From Octopus sinensis (Eukaryota), in the NCBI RefSeq assembly GCF_006345805.1, contig NC_043001.1, forward strand, positions 35,960,001-36,024,000: a stretch of 64,000 nucleotides of DNA, read 5' to 3'. Under the pieces are notes generated by a model. That model had not been told where the DNA came from and did no database searches. It saw nothing but the letters and a program-made list of their open reading frames with translations. The number at the start of each line of letters is the position of its first letter. Position 1 is the first letter of the stretch. This document shows positions 12,166-25,322 of the stretch, in pieces. A program made the position numbers and the translations under genes.

Positions 12166-13506
12166 GCTGCCACTTCTTCGTATTGTAGCCCTCCCTCTAG
12201 TGACAACCTCTAACCTTTAGAACTGTTTCCCATCATTTTAAGACAGCCAGTTTTACATCCATATCCTGTGAAAAAAATATATACTCTACCTTCTCCTCAT
12301 GAACATATATTTTATTTTATGCTGTTTTACTTATTTACTTATTTTATATATCTTTCTTGCTGTTGCTATTGTTGAAGCCTAGAACAGTCACAGCTGTTGC
12401 TAATACAACTAATTCTATTCACCGAAACCTTTGCTCCTTGCTGCTAACACACCACCCTTCTCTATCTGCTACAACCTCCCTTAAACTTTCAAGCCTAGTT
12501 TGTATGAATCCCAGATTCTTCGACAGGTTTAGTTTTATTGTATTTTATTTTTATCTTCGAGGGTTTTTTTTTTTTTTTTTTTTTCGTTTTCCATCATACT
12601 TCAACGTTTGATCCATAGTGTGTTTTGGTGTTTTGCAATAAATACGTGAATGCGTGTGAGGTTTGTTTCGTATGTGCGCGTTTGTGTGTGCCTGTATGTG
12701 AGTACCAAGGTCCTCCGTAAAGAAGCATCTGTTATTGTCGACATTATATCGCCATCGTCATCTTTGCTACTCTATTATTGTTTTCAATTTTTTCTTTTCC
12801 CTTAATATCAATATAATTATTTTTGTTGATGTTTCTAACAAAAAACAAAGAATAGTTAGAGGGCTGTAAATATTAGGAGGGTCACAAAAACAGTTTTGAA
12901 AAAAAAAAAAACAAAAAGAAAAAGGAACTCACTTTAGAAAAATAGATAAAGCTTTGTACCGAATAATTCATCTAATATATATTATGTTTCTTAGGTTATT
13001 TCACAACAGAAGCCCTGTCTCTTTGTTTTAAGAACTAAACACGAGGTTCTAATCAGGAAGATTTACCCTGCCTCATATAAAATACAACTTTCAACCTAAT
13101 GTATGTTTTGTTAAAATATAAAAGCAGTCACAAGACATAAGTTATGAACCCTAAGTAACGTGAAACAATTACGTAGCTTCTATTTTACAGCTAAAAAACA
13201 TGTGAGGGAGGCAAAAGAGGTAATGTTCTTTAGTTACATATTTTCTTGTTTGTTTTCTTTTTGCTTTACACGGGCCATAAAGAAAAAAGAGAAAGAAATT
13301 TGGCTCTAAGTACTGCAATAAAGAAATTAAGGTTCCATCAAACTGTTTAGAGATTTCATGTCTGCGATTCTAATTAAAATGAAATGGTTCCACTAATTTC
13401 AAAAATTTAGGCCACCACACCTTGTGTTTTAAAGAATTAATTACTATGAAGACGAAAACAAACTGAATAAGAAGATGTGTGGGTGCATGCGTGCGTGCGT
13501 GCGTGC

Positions 13507-13550
<44 letters not shown>

Positions 13551-14232
13551 TGTGTGTGTGTGTGCTCATAAAGGACTTTGTAATTTAGGTTATTTCACCG
13601 AATCTTAGTGGAAAATGTCACAAGGCAAAATGTTATGCAAAAAATGTCACAGAAACAAAACAATTACAGGGAAAACATCAAGTAAAAATTCACGAAAAAT
13701 TTCGACAAATCAAATTTATTTCTTTTTGTTTCTCAGTTTAATTTAAGAAATTGTGATTAAAATGTGATTATTTTTACACATACTTGAAACCCATTATTTA
13801 AATTGTGATGCCATTGGTGCACACATCATGAATTATCTGTAAATAAGCGACTTGAAATATAAATCATTTTAAATATTGTCTATGACGCTTAAATGACATG
13901 TGACATTATTTCCGCCATTTTCCCTTTTTTTGTGTGTTTTTGTTTGATGCGATAAATGTATACAAATACAGACGTGTCTCTAAAAATTAGAATACTACGC
14001 AAAAATTAAATATTTATTATCACTTTAGTCAGAACGGTAAAATTTCAATTGTATTAAATTTAATTTTCTTAGATCGAGTTTCCTCGATCTGCACAGACGT
14101 TTTTCCAATAGTCCTGTTCTCCATTGATGACTTCAACTCAGAAACAGATAGGCTACTGTTGATCAACATATGCTGCAGCTGGTCAATCTCTACTCCAGTG
14201 GCCAAATGTTGCTTCCCAGAGTAAAATGGTAA

Positions 14233-14571
14233 AAAAAAAACCCGTTCGATCATGAATGACCATGGGATTGCACCTAGAAGGCTCCCCTCCGAGGTACAAG
14301 TCCGGGAAAGGTTGTTTATGAAAGACCAGCAGTCGCTCATGCATACCAGCCTCCCCTCTACACGCCATCTATGATATCCAAGGGAAAGGCAAAGGCTGAT
14401 AGAGCTTGGCGCCAGTGATGTCACAACTCATTTCTGCAGATGAGTGAACTGGAGCAACGTCAATTACAGCGTCTTGTTCAAGACCACAATACACAGCCCG
14501 GTCCGGGAATCAAACTCACTACATTATGGTTGTGAGCCCGACGCTCTAACCACTAAGCTATGCGCCTTCAC
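14233..14571 (-). mobile_element. tRNA-headed SINE family C
   Basis: Minus-strand head GGCGCATAGCTTAGTGG (A box) and GAGTTTGATTCCC (B box), followed by a central GTTGCTCCAGTTCACTCA domain; related fragments at 26.7, 43.6 and 55.35 kb. Confidence 0.8.
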
Positions 14572-14581
14572 GCTTCTCAGG

Positions 14582-14646
<65 letters not shown>
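14582..14646. repeat. (TAG)n trinucleotide repeat
   Basis: Pure GTA repeat. Confidence 0.97.
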
Positions 14647-14647
<1 letters not shown>

Positions 14648-14689
14648 CTGTTGTTGTGGTTGTTGTTATACAACTGGTCTATTTCCGGT

Positions 14690-14884
14690 ATTTGTTTGTC
14701 CTCTCTGTGTTTAGCCTCTTGTGGGTAGTAAAGAAATAGGTATTTCGTCTGCCGCTACGTTCTGAGTTCAGATTCTGCCGATCATCGTTTCGGGGTCGAT
14801 AAATTTGCGTACTGGAGTCGATCTAATCGACTGGTTCCCTTCCCCAAAATTTCGGGCCATGTGCCTAGAGTAGAAAAGAATATT
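14690..14884 (+). mobile_element. SINE family B dimer remnant (tail X joined to a unit with tail Y)
   Basis: Junction AGTAAAGAAATA|GGTATTTCGTCTG at 14738/14739; ends CCCCAAAATTTCGGGCC...GTAGAAAAGAATATT. Confidence 0.8.
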
Positions 14885-14907
14885 TTAGTACTGGCAAAGC
14901 GTTGATC

Positions 14908-15105
14908 TAGCAGAATTGGTAGCACACTGGTCAAAACACTTAGCGGTATTTCGTTCGTTTTTACGCTCTGGATTCAAATTCCAGCGAGGTCGACTTTGCC
15001 TTTCGTCCTTTCGGATTAAATAAGTACCGGTTGAACTATGGAGTCGTTGTAATCGATTTAATCCGTACCCCAAAATTTCTGGCCTTGAGCCAAAATTTGA
15101 AACAA
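14908..15105 (+). mobile_element. SINE family B, diverged copy
   Basis: Head AGCAGAATTGGTAGCAC, B box GGATTCAAATTCC and the GAGGTCGACTTTGCC core. Confidence 0.8.
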
Positions 15106-15299
15106 ATAATTTAATTCCGATAGTAGAGAGCGATATAAAAGTAAGAGGTAATCTTTCGATGCTGCAGAGTTTTCAGGTCGATCTAGACAAGAATCTAAAG
15201 CTCACAACTAGTATATGAATAAATAACCTTTATAATATATAGTTATTTCGTGCGTTCACTTAATCCGATACAAGACGCGCACAAAAGTGTGTGTGTGTG

Positions 15300-15339
<40 letters not shown>

Positions 15340-15479
15340 TGTGTGTGAGTGATCATTATTCGAAATGAAATTTCCAAATACTCCGAACAAATGTGCAAAT
15401 ATTGCATTAAGGTCTGCGCTTTGTTCCGTATTTACGCATGTATATTTGTGAGAACGTCTACGTGTATCAGTCGTTGTTT

Positions 15480-15538
<59 letters not shown>

Positions 15539-15555
15539 TTAATGTATATATTTAT

Positions 15556-15599
<44 letters not shown>

Positions 15600-15956
15600 C
15601 AATGGAATGATGATGAATGCATAATTCTAAAATCTAGTGAGTTCTGCTTAAAAAAAAAAACGATTAACTAAAACAAAAATACAATTTACTTTTTTTTTTC
15701 CTGGAGATGTTCTACTTCTCTGAAACAAATATAGATTTGAAGTGATTTGAAAACACCCAACTGGCTTTCAATTATCGGCTAATATACGAAACGTAGCTTA
15801 AGGTTACATGTCACCGACTTGTCAAATTGTCTCTTCTATCTGCACTGTTTAACAAAGTGAATTCATTCAATTTATAGAAATATGCAGAACAAATGAAATT
15901 CGAATAAGAACTAATCATGAGTGGTCTTAAAGTCACCCGAAGTGGCATTCAGAATG

Positions 15957-15998
<42 letters not shown>

Positions 15999-16139
15999 AA
16001 CAAACATACATACATACATACACACACACATACATATATACGAGTGTGGACATGATTTATTTTTTAAAGAAAAACGTGGAGGAAAACGCAAGTTAAAAAA
16101 GACCGTAGACTCTCAAATATCTAGATATAAATTATAAAA

Positions 16140-16243
16140 CACAATATTGGTTTCAAATTTTGACACAAGGCCAGCAATTTCGGGGGAGAGAGGTTAAGTC
16201 GATCACATTGACCCCAGTCAACTGGTACTTATTTTATCGACCT
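16140..16243 (-). mobile_element. SINE family B 3' half (tail Y)
   Basis: GTCGATAAAATAAGTACCAG...CCCCCGAAATTGCTGGCCTTGTG on the minus strand. Confidence 0.75.
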
Positions 16244-16665
16244 CTTCTCCACCACCACTAGGTCCGGTCTGTTACGCTCTTGCACTTGGTCTGTTTGGAT
16301 TGGGAAATCCCAGAGGATTTTGTTAGTCACCGACTCTGCCACTCTCAGCGGTTTGTGCTCATAACACGTCTTGCCTCTCTCTCTCTAGCCCCCCCCCCCC
16401 CATCCTTTTCGCACAGTTTCCAAAGTAGCACTTTCGCTACCTGGTCGTGTCGCCAATACTTGTAGTAGTTTTGGGCAAGTCTAGAGCATTCATTCGTGAT
16501 ATGGGCAATGGTTTCATCCACTCTATTGCAGATGCAGCTCAGCGGAGACACGTGATCATTCTTCAGGTTCCTGGACAAAGCTTAGTCCTGCGCAGCTAGT
16601 ATAGTGTTCTCGGTCTCTTTTTTAGGGGTTCCATTCATCAGCTATTTTTCCAGCAACCTCTGTTG
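16241..16665 (-). mobile_element. Degraded non-LTR retrotransposon, R4/Dong-like C-terminus (zinc knuckle plus restriction-like endonuclease)
   Basis: Minus-strand pieces across a stop and frameshifts: KKETENTILAAQD*AL, CICNRVDETIAHITNECSRLAQNYYKYWRHDQVAKVLLWKLCEK (CCHC knuckle, RHD) and KILWDFPIQTDQVQERNRPDLVVVEK (PD motif). Confidence 0.85.
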
Positions 16666-16859
16666 AGGCTACATTATTATTATTATTATCATTATTATTA
16701 TTTTATGTTTGACTTTTGCTTTACATTTGTACAAGTTGGCTCCAAGTCTTACCCATATACCTCAAGAGACAAGTTGGAAGTTCATGTTGGTGTTATGCTT
16801 AGGGTGCCATATATTTGGTTTTGTACATAGCGTTGTTCTATTATTATTATTATTATTAA

Positions 16860-17100
16860 ACGGTGAGCTTGCAAAATCAATAGCACATCGGGCAAAACGC
16901 TTAGCGTCATCTTGTTCTTCTTTACGTTCTGAGTTCAAATTCTGCCGAGGTCGAATTTGCTTTTCATGTTTTCAAATCCATGGGGAAAGTACCAATGAAA
17001 CAAACACTGGGGTCGATCTAATCGGCTCTCCTCTTACTCCTCCTCCACCTCCTCTTCCTCCAAAATTTCAGGTCTTGTGCCAAAAGTAGAAAGGATTATT
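16860..17100 (+). mobile_element. SINE family B, diverged full-length copy
   Basis: Head ACGGTGAGCTTGCAAAATC, B box GAGTTCAAATTC, tail Y. Confidence 0.8.
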
Positions 17101-17149
17101 TTCATTATTGTTGTTGTTGTTGTCGTCGTCGTCATAAACACCACACAGT

Positions 17150-17455
17150 GTTCATCCAGTTAAGGTTGACAAAACGACAGTGATACCGGTAGGATATACA
17201 ACAAGGGTGGAAAGATTTGTGTTGAAAAAGACAGGCTGACTATGACATGTGTGTGTGTGTGTTGCGTGTTGTTTGATCCCCACCATCACTTGGCAGCCAT
17301 TATCGTTTTCTTTGCGTCCCCGAAATATAGCGATCCCATAGAACAAGTACCAGGCTTCAAAAAAATAAGCGATAGGGTCGATTTATTTCACTAACTCTTC
17401 AAGGCGGTACCACAGCAATCCAGTGACCATAAGAGATAAAAGATAGTAAAGGATA
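17150..17455 (+). mobile_element. SINE family A, old diverged 3' part
   Basis: TG linker, then CCCCACCATCACTTG...GGGTCGATT...CAAGGCGGTACCACAGCA matching family A loosely. Confidence 0.6.
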
Positions 17456-18159
17456 TATATAACAGACAGACAGACGGGCACAGACAGATATTAACGATTC
17501 TCAAATCAACAAGCCACAAAAAGAATATGGAATTACCAAAATTTCCAAAATGCTATCCAGAACCGCGAAGATTAAATATATGACAGACAACTATGTATGA
17601 TTCGGGGACAGTGACGTTACTGGAAAAACAATTAATTTTGAAGAAAGTGTACGAATGGTCGATTTAAAAAAAATTACTCAGGTATTAATTGCCGATTTGA
17701 AATTGAACATTCACATTATCATAATAATGCTGGTTATTGCATCGATAAGCACAGGCATGGTTGCATGGTTCCTGTTCTTGTGTAGCTAAATTAATTCCTC
17801 GCTCGGTTAAACACTGCTGGCCCTTTGGTGTTTTTAGCAGAGTGTCTATTCTGTTGCAAAAATTCGAGCCAGGGATCCACATGCAGAAGTTTTTGCTTCC
17901 ACTTCCAGAATCCCATACAATGGGCCCATGGGTGCAAACTTCCGTCTTCTAAAGTATTAAAATACTAAAACAAAATAAGTCTGCGGCTGTTTGTACACGC
18001 ACGCGCACATACACACATATATATACACACACACACGTGTATTGTTTAAAGTGAATGTTTCTAAGAAACTGGTGTTTTTTTCCTTAAATCCGAAAAGCGA
18101 TGCAATGCACGATGTTACTGCAACTGCAACAACAGACGTAACAGCAACTGCAGCTCCGA

Positions 18160-18160
18160 C

Positions 18161-18204
<44 letters not shown>

Positions 18205-18250
18205 CAGCAGCAGCACCAGCAGCAGTACCAGTAGAAGTAGTAGTAGTAGA
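18160..18250. repeat. (GTA)n/(GCA)n repeat
   Basis: Direct observation; explains the poly-T/V/L ORFs. Confidence 0.95.
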
Positions 18251-18521
18251 ATTGGTTGTACTGGGTGGTGGTGATGGTTGGGGCAACTGCCTTCGATCAT
18301 TGTTAGCTCTTAATTAGTAATATGTCATGGATATATGTAATAAAACTGTTGCCTGTAAATTCGGGGGGGGGCCTGCAAAAAGTACGAAATCCTTCAGATA
18401 ACGTTGTGTGGAATCGAATGTTATCTGCGATTAACAGATTCATATAAGACATACACATAAACATACATACACGCATTTAAGTATTCTACAGATTAAAGCA
18501 ATGCAGTCTCACTTTTTGCTT

Positions 18522-18602
<81 letters not shown>

Positions 18603-18865
18603 GAGAAATCCTAGTCGGGCATATTGATTTTTATTTAATTCTAGGGTACTTAGATACAGGAAATTTCAGGTTTTAAGTTTATATTAACTGCTTTAGGATG
18701 TCTCGTCATAATTTTCTTCCAAATTCAAGGGCTTCATCCATTTGGATCACTAAAGTTCTGGAATGTACATAATGGAAGTAAACTCAAAATTTCTGAAGGG
18801 GAATAAACGTTGATGACAGATCTGGAATTTTTCTTGTATTTCATTGTTGTCTTCTTCAATTAAAG

Positions 18866-19109
18866 CAGTGTTTCTAAAACACTTTTTACCTATGGACTCC
18901 TTTTTATTTTCTTCTTCTACCCCACTAGCCATTTGATGTTTAAAAAATTCCTATTATATTTTTATAATTAAATCTTATTCGGATTTTAAAATGTTGTAGA
19001 AATATTTTGTGCATTATAGGAGTATAACCAATTTATTGCAGATATATTTTAACGACAAAATCTTATATGGACCCCTAAGGGCCATATGGAGCATGATTGA
19101 GAACCGCTG
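18866..19109. mobile_element. hAT-type MITE
   Basis: Terminal inverted repeats CAGTGTTTCTAAAAC versus CAGCGGTTCTCAATC (11/15) and a perfect 8-bp TSD AATTAAAG at 18858-18865 and 19110-19117; an 8-bp TSD is the hAT hallmark. Confidence 0.9.
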
Positions 19110-19289
19110 AATTAAAGGAGCAGATTATTGATGCAAGAAACTGAAATGTAGAGCAGAACCCTCGTCTTCTAAGCACTTTATCGATGTACAGAAACAATAC
19201 GATTCCTTTTTCCGTCAAGTAATCTCGGAAGAAAATACCTCCTAAGCGGTGTTCTGTGAGATGTTACGAATCACAACAGCAATAATTAT

Positions 19290-19942
19290 AATTGTTTCTA
19301 ACATAGACACGAGGCAAAACTCTGAGTAAGAGGATTAGTTAATTATGTCGACCAACGGCTTTATACGTTACTTTATTTTAACGATGCTATTGACCATGGT
19401 GCTCAATTGGTACTTATTTTATTGACCCTGAAAGGATGAAAGGCAAAGTCGACCACGGCGGAATTTGAACGCAAAACGTAAAGACGGACGAAATGCCGCT
19501 TAGCATTTAGCCCAGCGTGCTAATGATTCTGCCAGCTCACCGCTTTCAACAACAACAACAACAAGAATGATAATAATAATAATAATTCTTTCTACTATGA
19601 ACACAAGGTCTAAAATTTTTTTTGGGGGGGTGTGGGGGCAAGTCGATTACATCGACACTAATGCGTAAATATTACATATTTCATGGACTACGAAAGGATG
19701 AAAGCCAAAGTCAACTTCGGCGGAATTTGAACTCAGAAGTGAAAATAATTATTTTCATTCCTACAATAGCTACAAAACCTGATATGTTGCTGGAGTGGGA
19801 GAAACGTCGATTACAACTTGTGCTTAATTCATCGACCCAGACAAACTGAAAGGCAAAGTCGACGTGAACGGAGTTTGAACTCCAAACGTAAAGAGCCGGA
19901 AGAAATGCCACTAAGAATTTTGTCCCGTGTGTTGATGATTCC
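19290..19942 (-). mobile_element. Cluster of three older SINE family B copies
   Basis: Three GAAAG(G/C)CAAAGTC(G/A)AC...TTTGAAC blocks near 19440, 19700 and 19850, with a head at about 19543. Confidence 0.8.
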
Positions 19943-20539
19943 TATTTCTTTACTACCCACAAGGGGCTAAACATAGAGGGAACAAATAAGGACGGACAAA
20001 CGGATTAAGTCGATTATATCGACTCCAGTGCGTAACTGGTACTTAATTCATCGACCCCGAAAAGATGAAAGGCAAAGTCGACCTCGGCGGAATTTGAACT
20101 CAGAACGTAACGGCAGACGAAATACCTATTTCTTTACTACCCACAAGGGGCTAAGCACAGAAGGGACAAACAAGGAAAGACAAATGGATTAAGTCGAATA
20201 TATCGACCCCAGTGCGAAACTGGTACTTAATTTACCGACCCCGAAAGGATGAAAGGCAAAGTCGACCTCGGTGGAATTTAAACTCAGAACGTAACGGCAG
20301 ACGAACACCTATTTCTTTACTACCCACAAGGGGCTAAACACAGAAGGGACAAACAAGGACAGACAAATGGATTAAGTCGAATTTATCGACCCCAGTGCGA
20401 AACTGGTACTTATGTAATCGACCCCGAAATGATGAAAGGCAAAGTCGACCTCGGCGGAATTTGAACTCAGAACGTAGCGACAGACGAAATACTGCTGAGC
20501 ATTTCGCCCGGCGCGCTAACGATTCTGCCAGCTCGCCGC
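19943..20539 (-). mobile_element. SINE family B head-to-tail trimer with one TSD
   Basis: Units of 230, 183 and 184 nt; CGTGTGTTGATGATTCC is repeated directly at 19926-19942 and 20540-20556. Confidence 0.9.
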
Positions 20540-21407
20540 CGTGTGTTGATGATTCCGCCAGCTCATCGCCTTTCTACCTCGACATTTATATAAGAAACCA
20601 CTTCTCTAAAATGAACCAACACAAAAAAAAATGGGGTGGTAGCTGTTTCAAAAAGTACATTAATTAGTTCCTTTTTTCAAATCCCCTCATTACTAGTTCT
20701 CGTACATTTTCTCCATTTGCTTCTAGTCACAGCCACAATTATCATTATTATTATTATCAACATTACAATGACCAACAACAACCTCACTGTTACCACCGTC
20801 AGTACATCTACCTTCATCTCCTTTCTATCACAACCACCACCACGCCTACAACCGACCACAACAATAACAATACTTTCATCCCTATTGTTGTTGTTATTGT
20901 CACGGCTGCCGTTGCTATCACTAAATTAATGGCAACTGTCACCAACATTTACTATCGCTACCACAGCGACCACTACCCTCGGTAGAATGACCTACATGAC
21001 CACTGTCCTCTATGTCACCTACAGCTTTTTTTTTAATTGTTTCTTTTGTGTCATTGTCCCGTTCCTCCCTTTTCTGTATACTTGGTTATTCCTTTTTCTT
21101 TTTTTATTTTCCCACCACTTCAGATTTTCTTCCTGAGCACGTCTTTCTTCTTTTTCTAATACTTTCTTTCCCCCTTCTTTCGATCTCTGCGCATAAATGC
21201 ACGCGCTATCTCACACACACACATATATGTATATACATATGAATATGCATACATTATACATATATATATGGGATGGAGAGAGAGAGAGAAAGAGAGTGAG
21301 AGTGGGATCTAACAAAATGGCTGCGTATCTGACCTCTCGTGTAACTCATTTTCTCTCCTCCCTTTCGTACGCTTTCATTTAATAAATTCCTCTTATCCTA
21401 TACACAC

Positions 21408-21452
<45 letters not shown>

Positions 21453-24400
21453 GCACACACGCACACAGCTAAACTGTTTCTACTCATACATCCCTTTCCA
21501 GCAACAAACATTTATATATATATAAATATATTATCTTCATGTATGTGTATGTGCTTTTCTGGCTTTAAAAATCGCTGTCGTTCGCATTCAGTGATTAATT
21601 AACACATTGAAGGATGTTCAGTAACCAACATGTAGAAGCAGCTAAGAAGGGATGGGGCATGAGGAAGTGTCCCTTTTCCGTGGAATGTTCCCTATCATTG
21701 TGGTGCTTGCCAATGCATGCCTCTTTTCATACCTCCCCTTATTGCAATGTTAGCGACGGAATTTATTCGAGAGAATGCAATAATTACTGACATTCGCAAT
21801 AGTTTATAGATATTGGACAATTGATAGCTGAAGAATTGTCTGTGAGTGTACGTGGTGTAGTATGTATGTGTTTGTGCGTGCATACATGTTTCTGTGCATG
21901 CATGAGCACGTGCGTCGGTGTATGTATGTGTTTTTATCTATACATCAGTAAATAAATGTGTCCATGTGTGCCTGTTGGTGTATTTATCTTTGTATGTGAT
22001 GTGGCTGCGTTTCTGTTGCATGTCCTTCTCAGGATAGCTTTATGGGGTATGTACTATGTTTTATTTTACAATTTACTTTTACAGAGATAAGAGCCAGTCA
22101 TTCATTCACTGAGTTGCCTACACAACAATGTGTGTAAATTACAAACCAAACCACTCCAATATCTGTTATTCGAACAATTTGCATATTGACCCAGCATTGT
22201 TGAAAAATGCATCGTGAAAATACGAGCAAAGTAAAAATATGATTCTTTGAGTGGCCTGTTAGAGATTCTCTCATTTTAAAATTTTGTTTATATGAAGTAC
22301 GTCTTAAGCCCCCCAGAACTTAAGAGTTTATTGTTTAGCATTCCATATCGACAGGACTCGTATAATTATATATTTGTAATCCACATTATGTTGGTAATCT
22401 GGTAATTATTGTCAGATTTTGTAGTATATGTATATATGTTATACATGGTTTAATTTTGTTAAGATTTTAATAATCAGGCCTACCATTTCATTATCTCAGC
22501 ATCTTGAGGGAGAGACGAGAGGTATTAATTAACTAGCATTGAAAACCTACATGAAGAGACAACTACATCGTGAAAGATTTAACAACTTACAAATATGTTA
22601 AATTCACTTGAATTCATAGAGCGTGAATTGTCGACATGCTGCGTACGACCTGATTGATTACTCACATACATCCTCTCTAGACACAACTGCTACTGAATGC
22701 CGCGACCCTTGTGTGTTTTCCATCTCTGGGCAGAAGGCACTCAAGAGGCTCTTATTCTTATATGTTTAGCAACGGACCTTCTGCCTTCTCAGTCACTCTG
22801 CTTTCTTTGCGCTACCAGAATTGGTAGAATTAAGGGATGCCTTATGATCTACAAAGTTCACTAGGAACTCATCAACGAATACAGTAATGCATTTTGTCCG
22901 AGGCTCTAACGACTCCGCTAGCAGGTGACATTACACGGAAAGATCATATTTTACAGCAACTCAACGCTGGGAATATTTTGGTTTGTGCAAAACTTCGTTT
23001 AGATCATGGTCTTGACTGTTACTTCTTATTATCGACTCCAAAAAAAAGAATAAAAAGTAACATCAATTTTGGCGTTACCTATGATTTTAAACACTATGTT
23101 TTTCTTTTGCTTCTTGGTTCTCCTCCCGATTTTCAGCAATACCATTTTTATTATTATTATCATCATTATTTTTAACTGCTGCTCATCTCAAGGATTTTAG
23201 ATATATTTCAGATTTTACAACAACGATAAATACACCATCATCAAGACGACAGCTTCTTCTTCTTCTACTACTACTACTACTACTGGCGTTGCTCTTGCGT
23301 AAATAAAAACTGTTCTCGTTTTATCAAGTGCCCATTGCATGTGTTTATTCGTTATAAAAGATCCGTTTATGTTCAGGACAGCAACCTTTTAGCGCACTTC
23401 GCAGCGCAACAGAGCGTGATTTCCAAAGGAAATCGTCATTTCAATGATAAACGGAAAACCAGACCAGATTATTGAGATCTTAACTATCGAAACACACATG
23501 ATATCTTAGCAAGAACATTAAATCTTGCACGAAGACGAAATAATTGCTGCATTCATATAGTTATGTTTCTTGAGTCAGTTGACATTATTTATACGTATCT
23601 GCAACAAAAGTTAACTGCTCCATTTCTTTATTGAACAACAAGTATTCATAATATACATACATGGCTGTTCTAACCAAAATAGCCGTATGATAATCGTTTT
23701 CACAAAAACAATTTACAGGTTTAGGATTTCTTGTTGGCGGCAATCACTGACAGATGAAATGTGAAGTGTCTTTCCTTTACAAAAGTTTCTACTGTTTAAA
23801 ACCAGCTTGAATAAGTAAAGCTAAATAATAAAAAAGAAAAGAAGAAAAGAAAAGGGTAAGAAAGAGTGGTGAAGAGATGGAGGTAGATAGAGAGAGAAAG
23901 CCATGTATATCGAAGAAGTCCACCGTAAGGGCTTAGAACAGCAGTGCGGGTGAGCAGTTTAATGTTTAGAATAACTTTACGCTTTTTTGAACAAGAGAAT
24001 CATTCCAACAGAATGATTCGAATGTTTGAATGTACAACGTGAGAGGAATTAGAAAACTAATACCGACTTTATTGACCCTCTCGCCTTGTCTGTGACAAGG
24101 ATTGACGTCATTTTCTTTACGATAATGTCCACTCTAAGTAAAAGGGTGGGAGTAAGTTGGGTTAAAAATAGGAAATGAGAAAGAAGTGGAGTTTATGAAA
24201 AGGGCAACAGCAAGGATTTAGTATAATTAACTTATATAAATGACATTCTGTGCAAGCATGTTCAATGTACAACTGTACAATGACATACTGTAAAGAAAGA
24301 GCTAAGTTCAAGCATAATGTATTTCCTGCTAAAAATTGCACCATTTCCCATTCTGTAAAAATCTTAGCTTCAGAATTAGAGTCCTTGGATACATAAAAAT

Positions 24401-25147
24401 GCCTGAAATGTGCTTAAAAAAGAAAATCACTGAGTGCGAAACGTTCTTGCTTTATCAAAGGTTATTAGTAACGTATGTGAATGGTAACATTTGAGATTCG
24501 AAATTGTTGGAAGCCAATCACAGTAATTAACTGTATTAAAAGTAGCAACTAATTAGGGCGATAATCAATCAATCAAGGAGTTGGCCTAGAAAGGCAAAGA
24601 CACGTAGGATAATGCAAGACAAGAAGAAAAGAAAAATGTACAGTTACATCAAAAATACTTTTTGAGTATAGATCTGCTTGATTACAGCTGACCAGAGACT
24701 AAGCAATATGACACTCATTTTTTTTTTTCTTTTTAATGTAGACGGTAATCAAAAATTGATTATCATCAAGGCTGTTTCACGTAGAATCTTTGAAAAGCAG
24801 CTCAAGCTATGTCTTAATGATATGTGTAGGCGCGCACGCATATATCTTTTCCAGATGTGTGTTTGTGAGAGAGTCTTTTGCCGATACACTTATCAATAAT
24901 AGATGTCGATATATGGGGAAAATTAATGACCTTCAAACCCCCTCTCTGCCCGGGATTTTCCTTAATATCTTCTTGATGAGATCAACACTTTCCAAGAAAA
25001 ATTTCGTTAACGTCAACAGTGTAGGTGGCCAATAGTGATGATTACATGCTTCCAAGGGGCTAATCAGGTTCACGCAATGGAAGTGAAAAAAAGGATAAAC
25101 TGAGAAAACCATGGGAAATGCAGTACCTCTTTCAGACCCATATATAT

Positions 25148-25183
<36 letters not shown>

Positions 25184-25282
25184 CCGGAGTAAACACATAA
25201 ATGTGAAACAAGGTGGAAAAAAGAGTACTCAAATACCAGTGTATATATATATATATATATGGGTGGGGGGAGAAAGAAAGAG

Positions 25283-25322
25283 TTACCCGTCGTCCTATGA
25301 CGGGTAAATTTGAAAGTACTAG
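25283..25322 (+). mobile_element. Possible Helitron 3' terminus
   Basis: 9-bp hairpin TTACCCGTC/GACGGGTAA, an 11-nt spacer, then CTAG followed by T; no 5' end identified. Confidence 0.5.

Noticed and set aside
22729-22785. 9-bp inverted repeat GGCAGAAGG/CCTTCTGCC as a possible pre-miRNA
   Set aside because: Pairing does not extend into the 39-nt interior; far too short for a miRNA hairpin.
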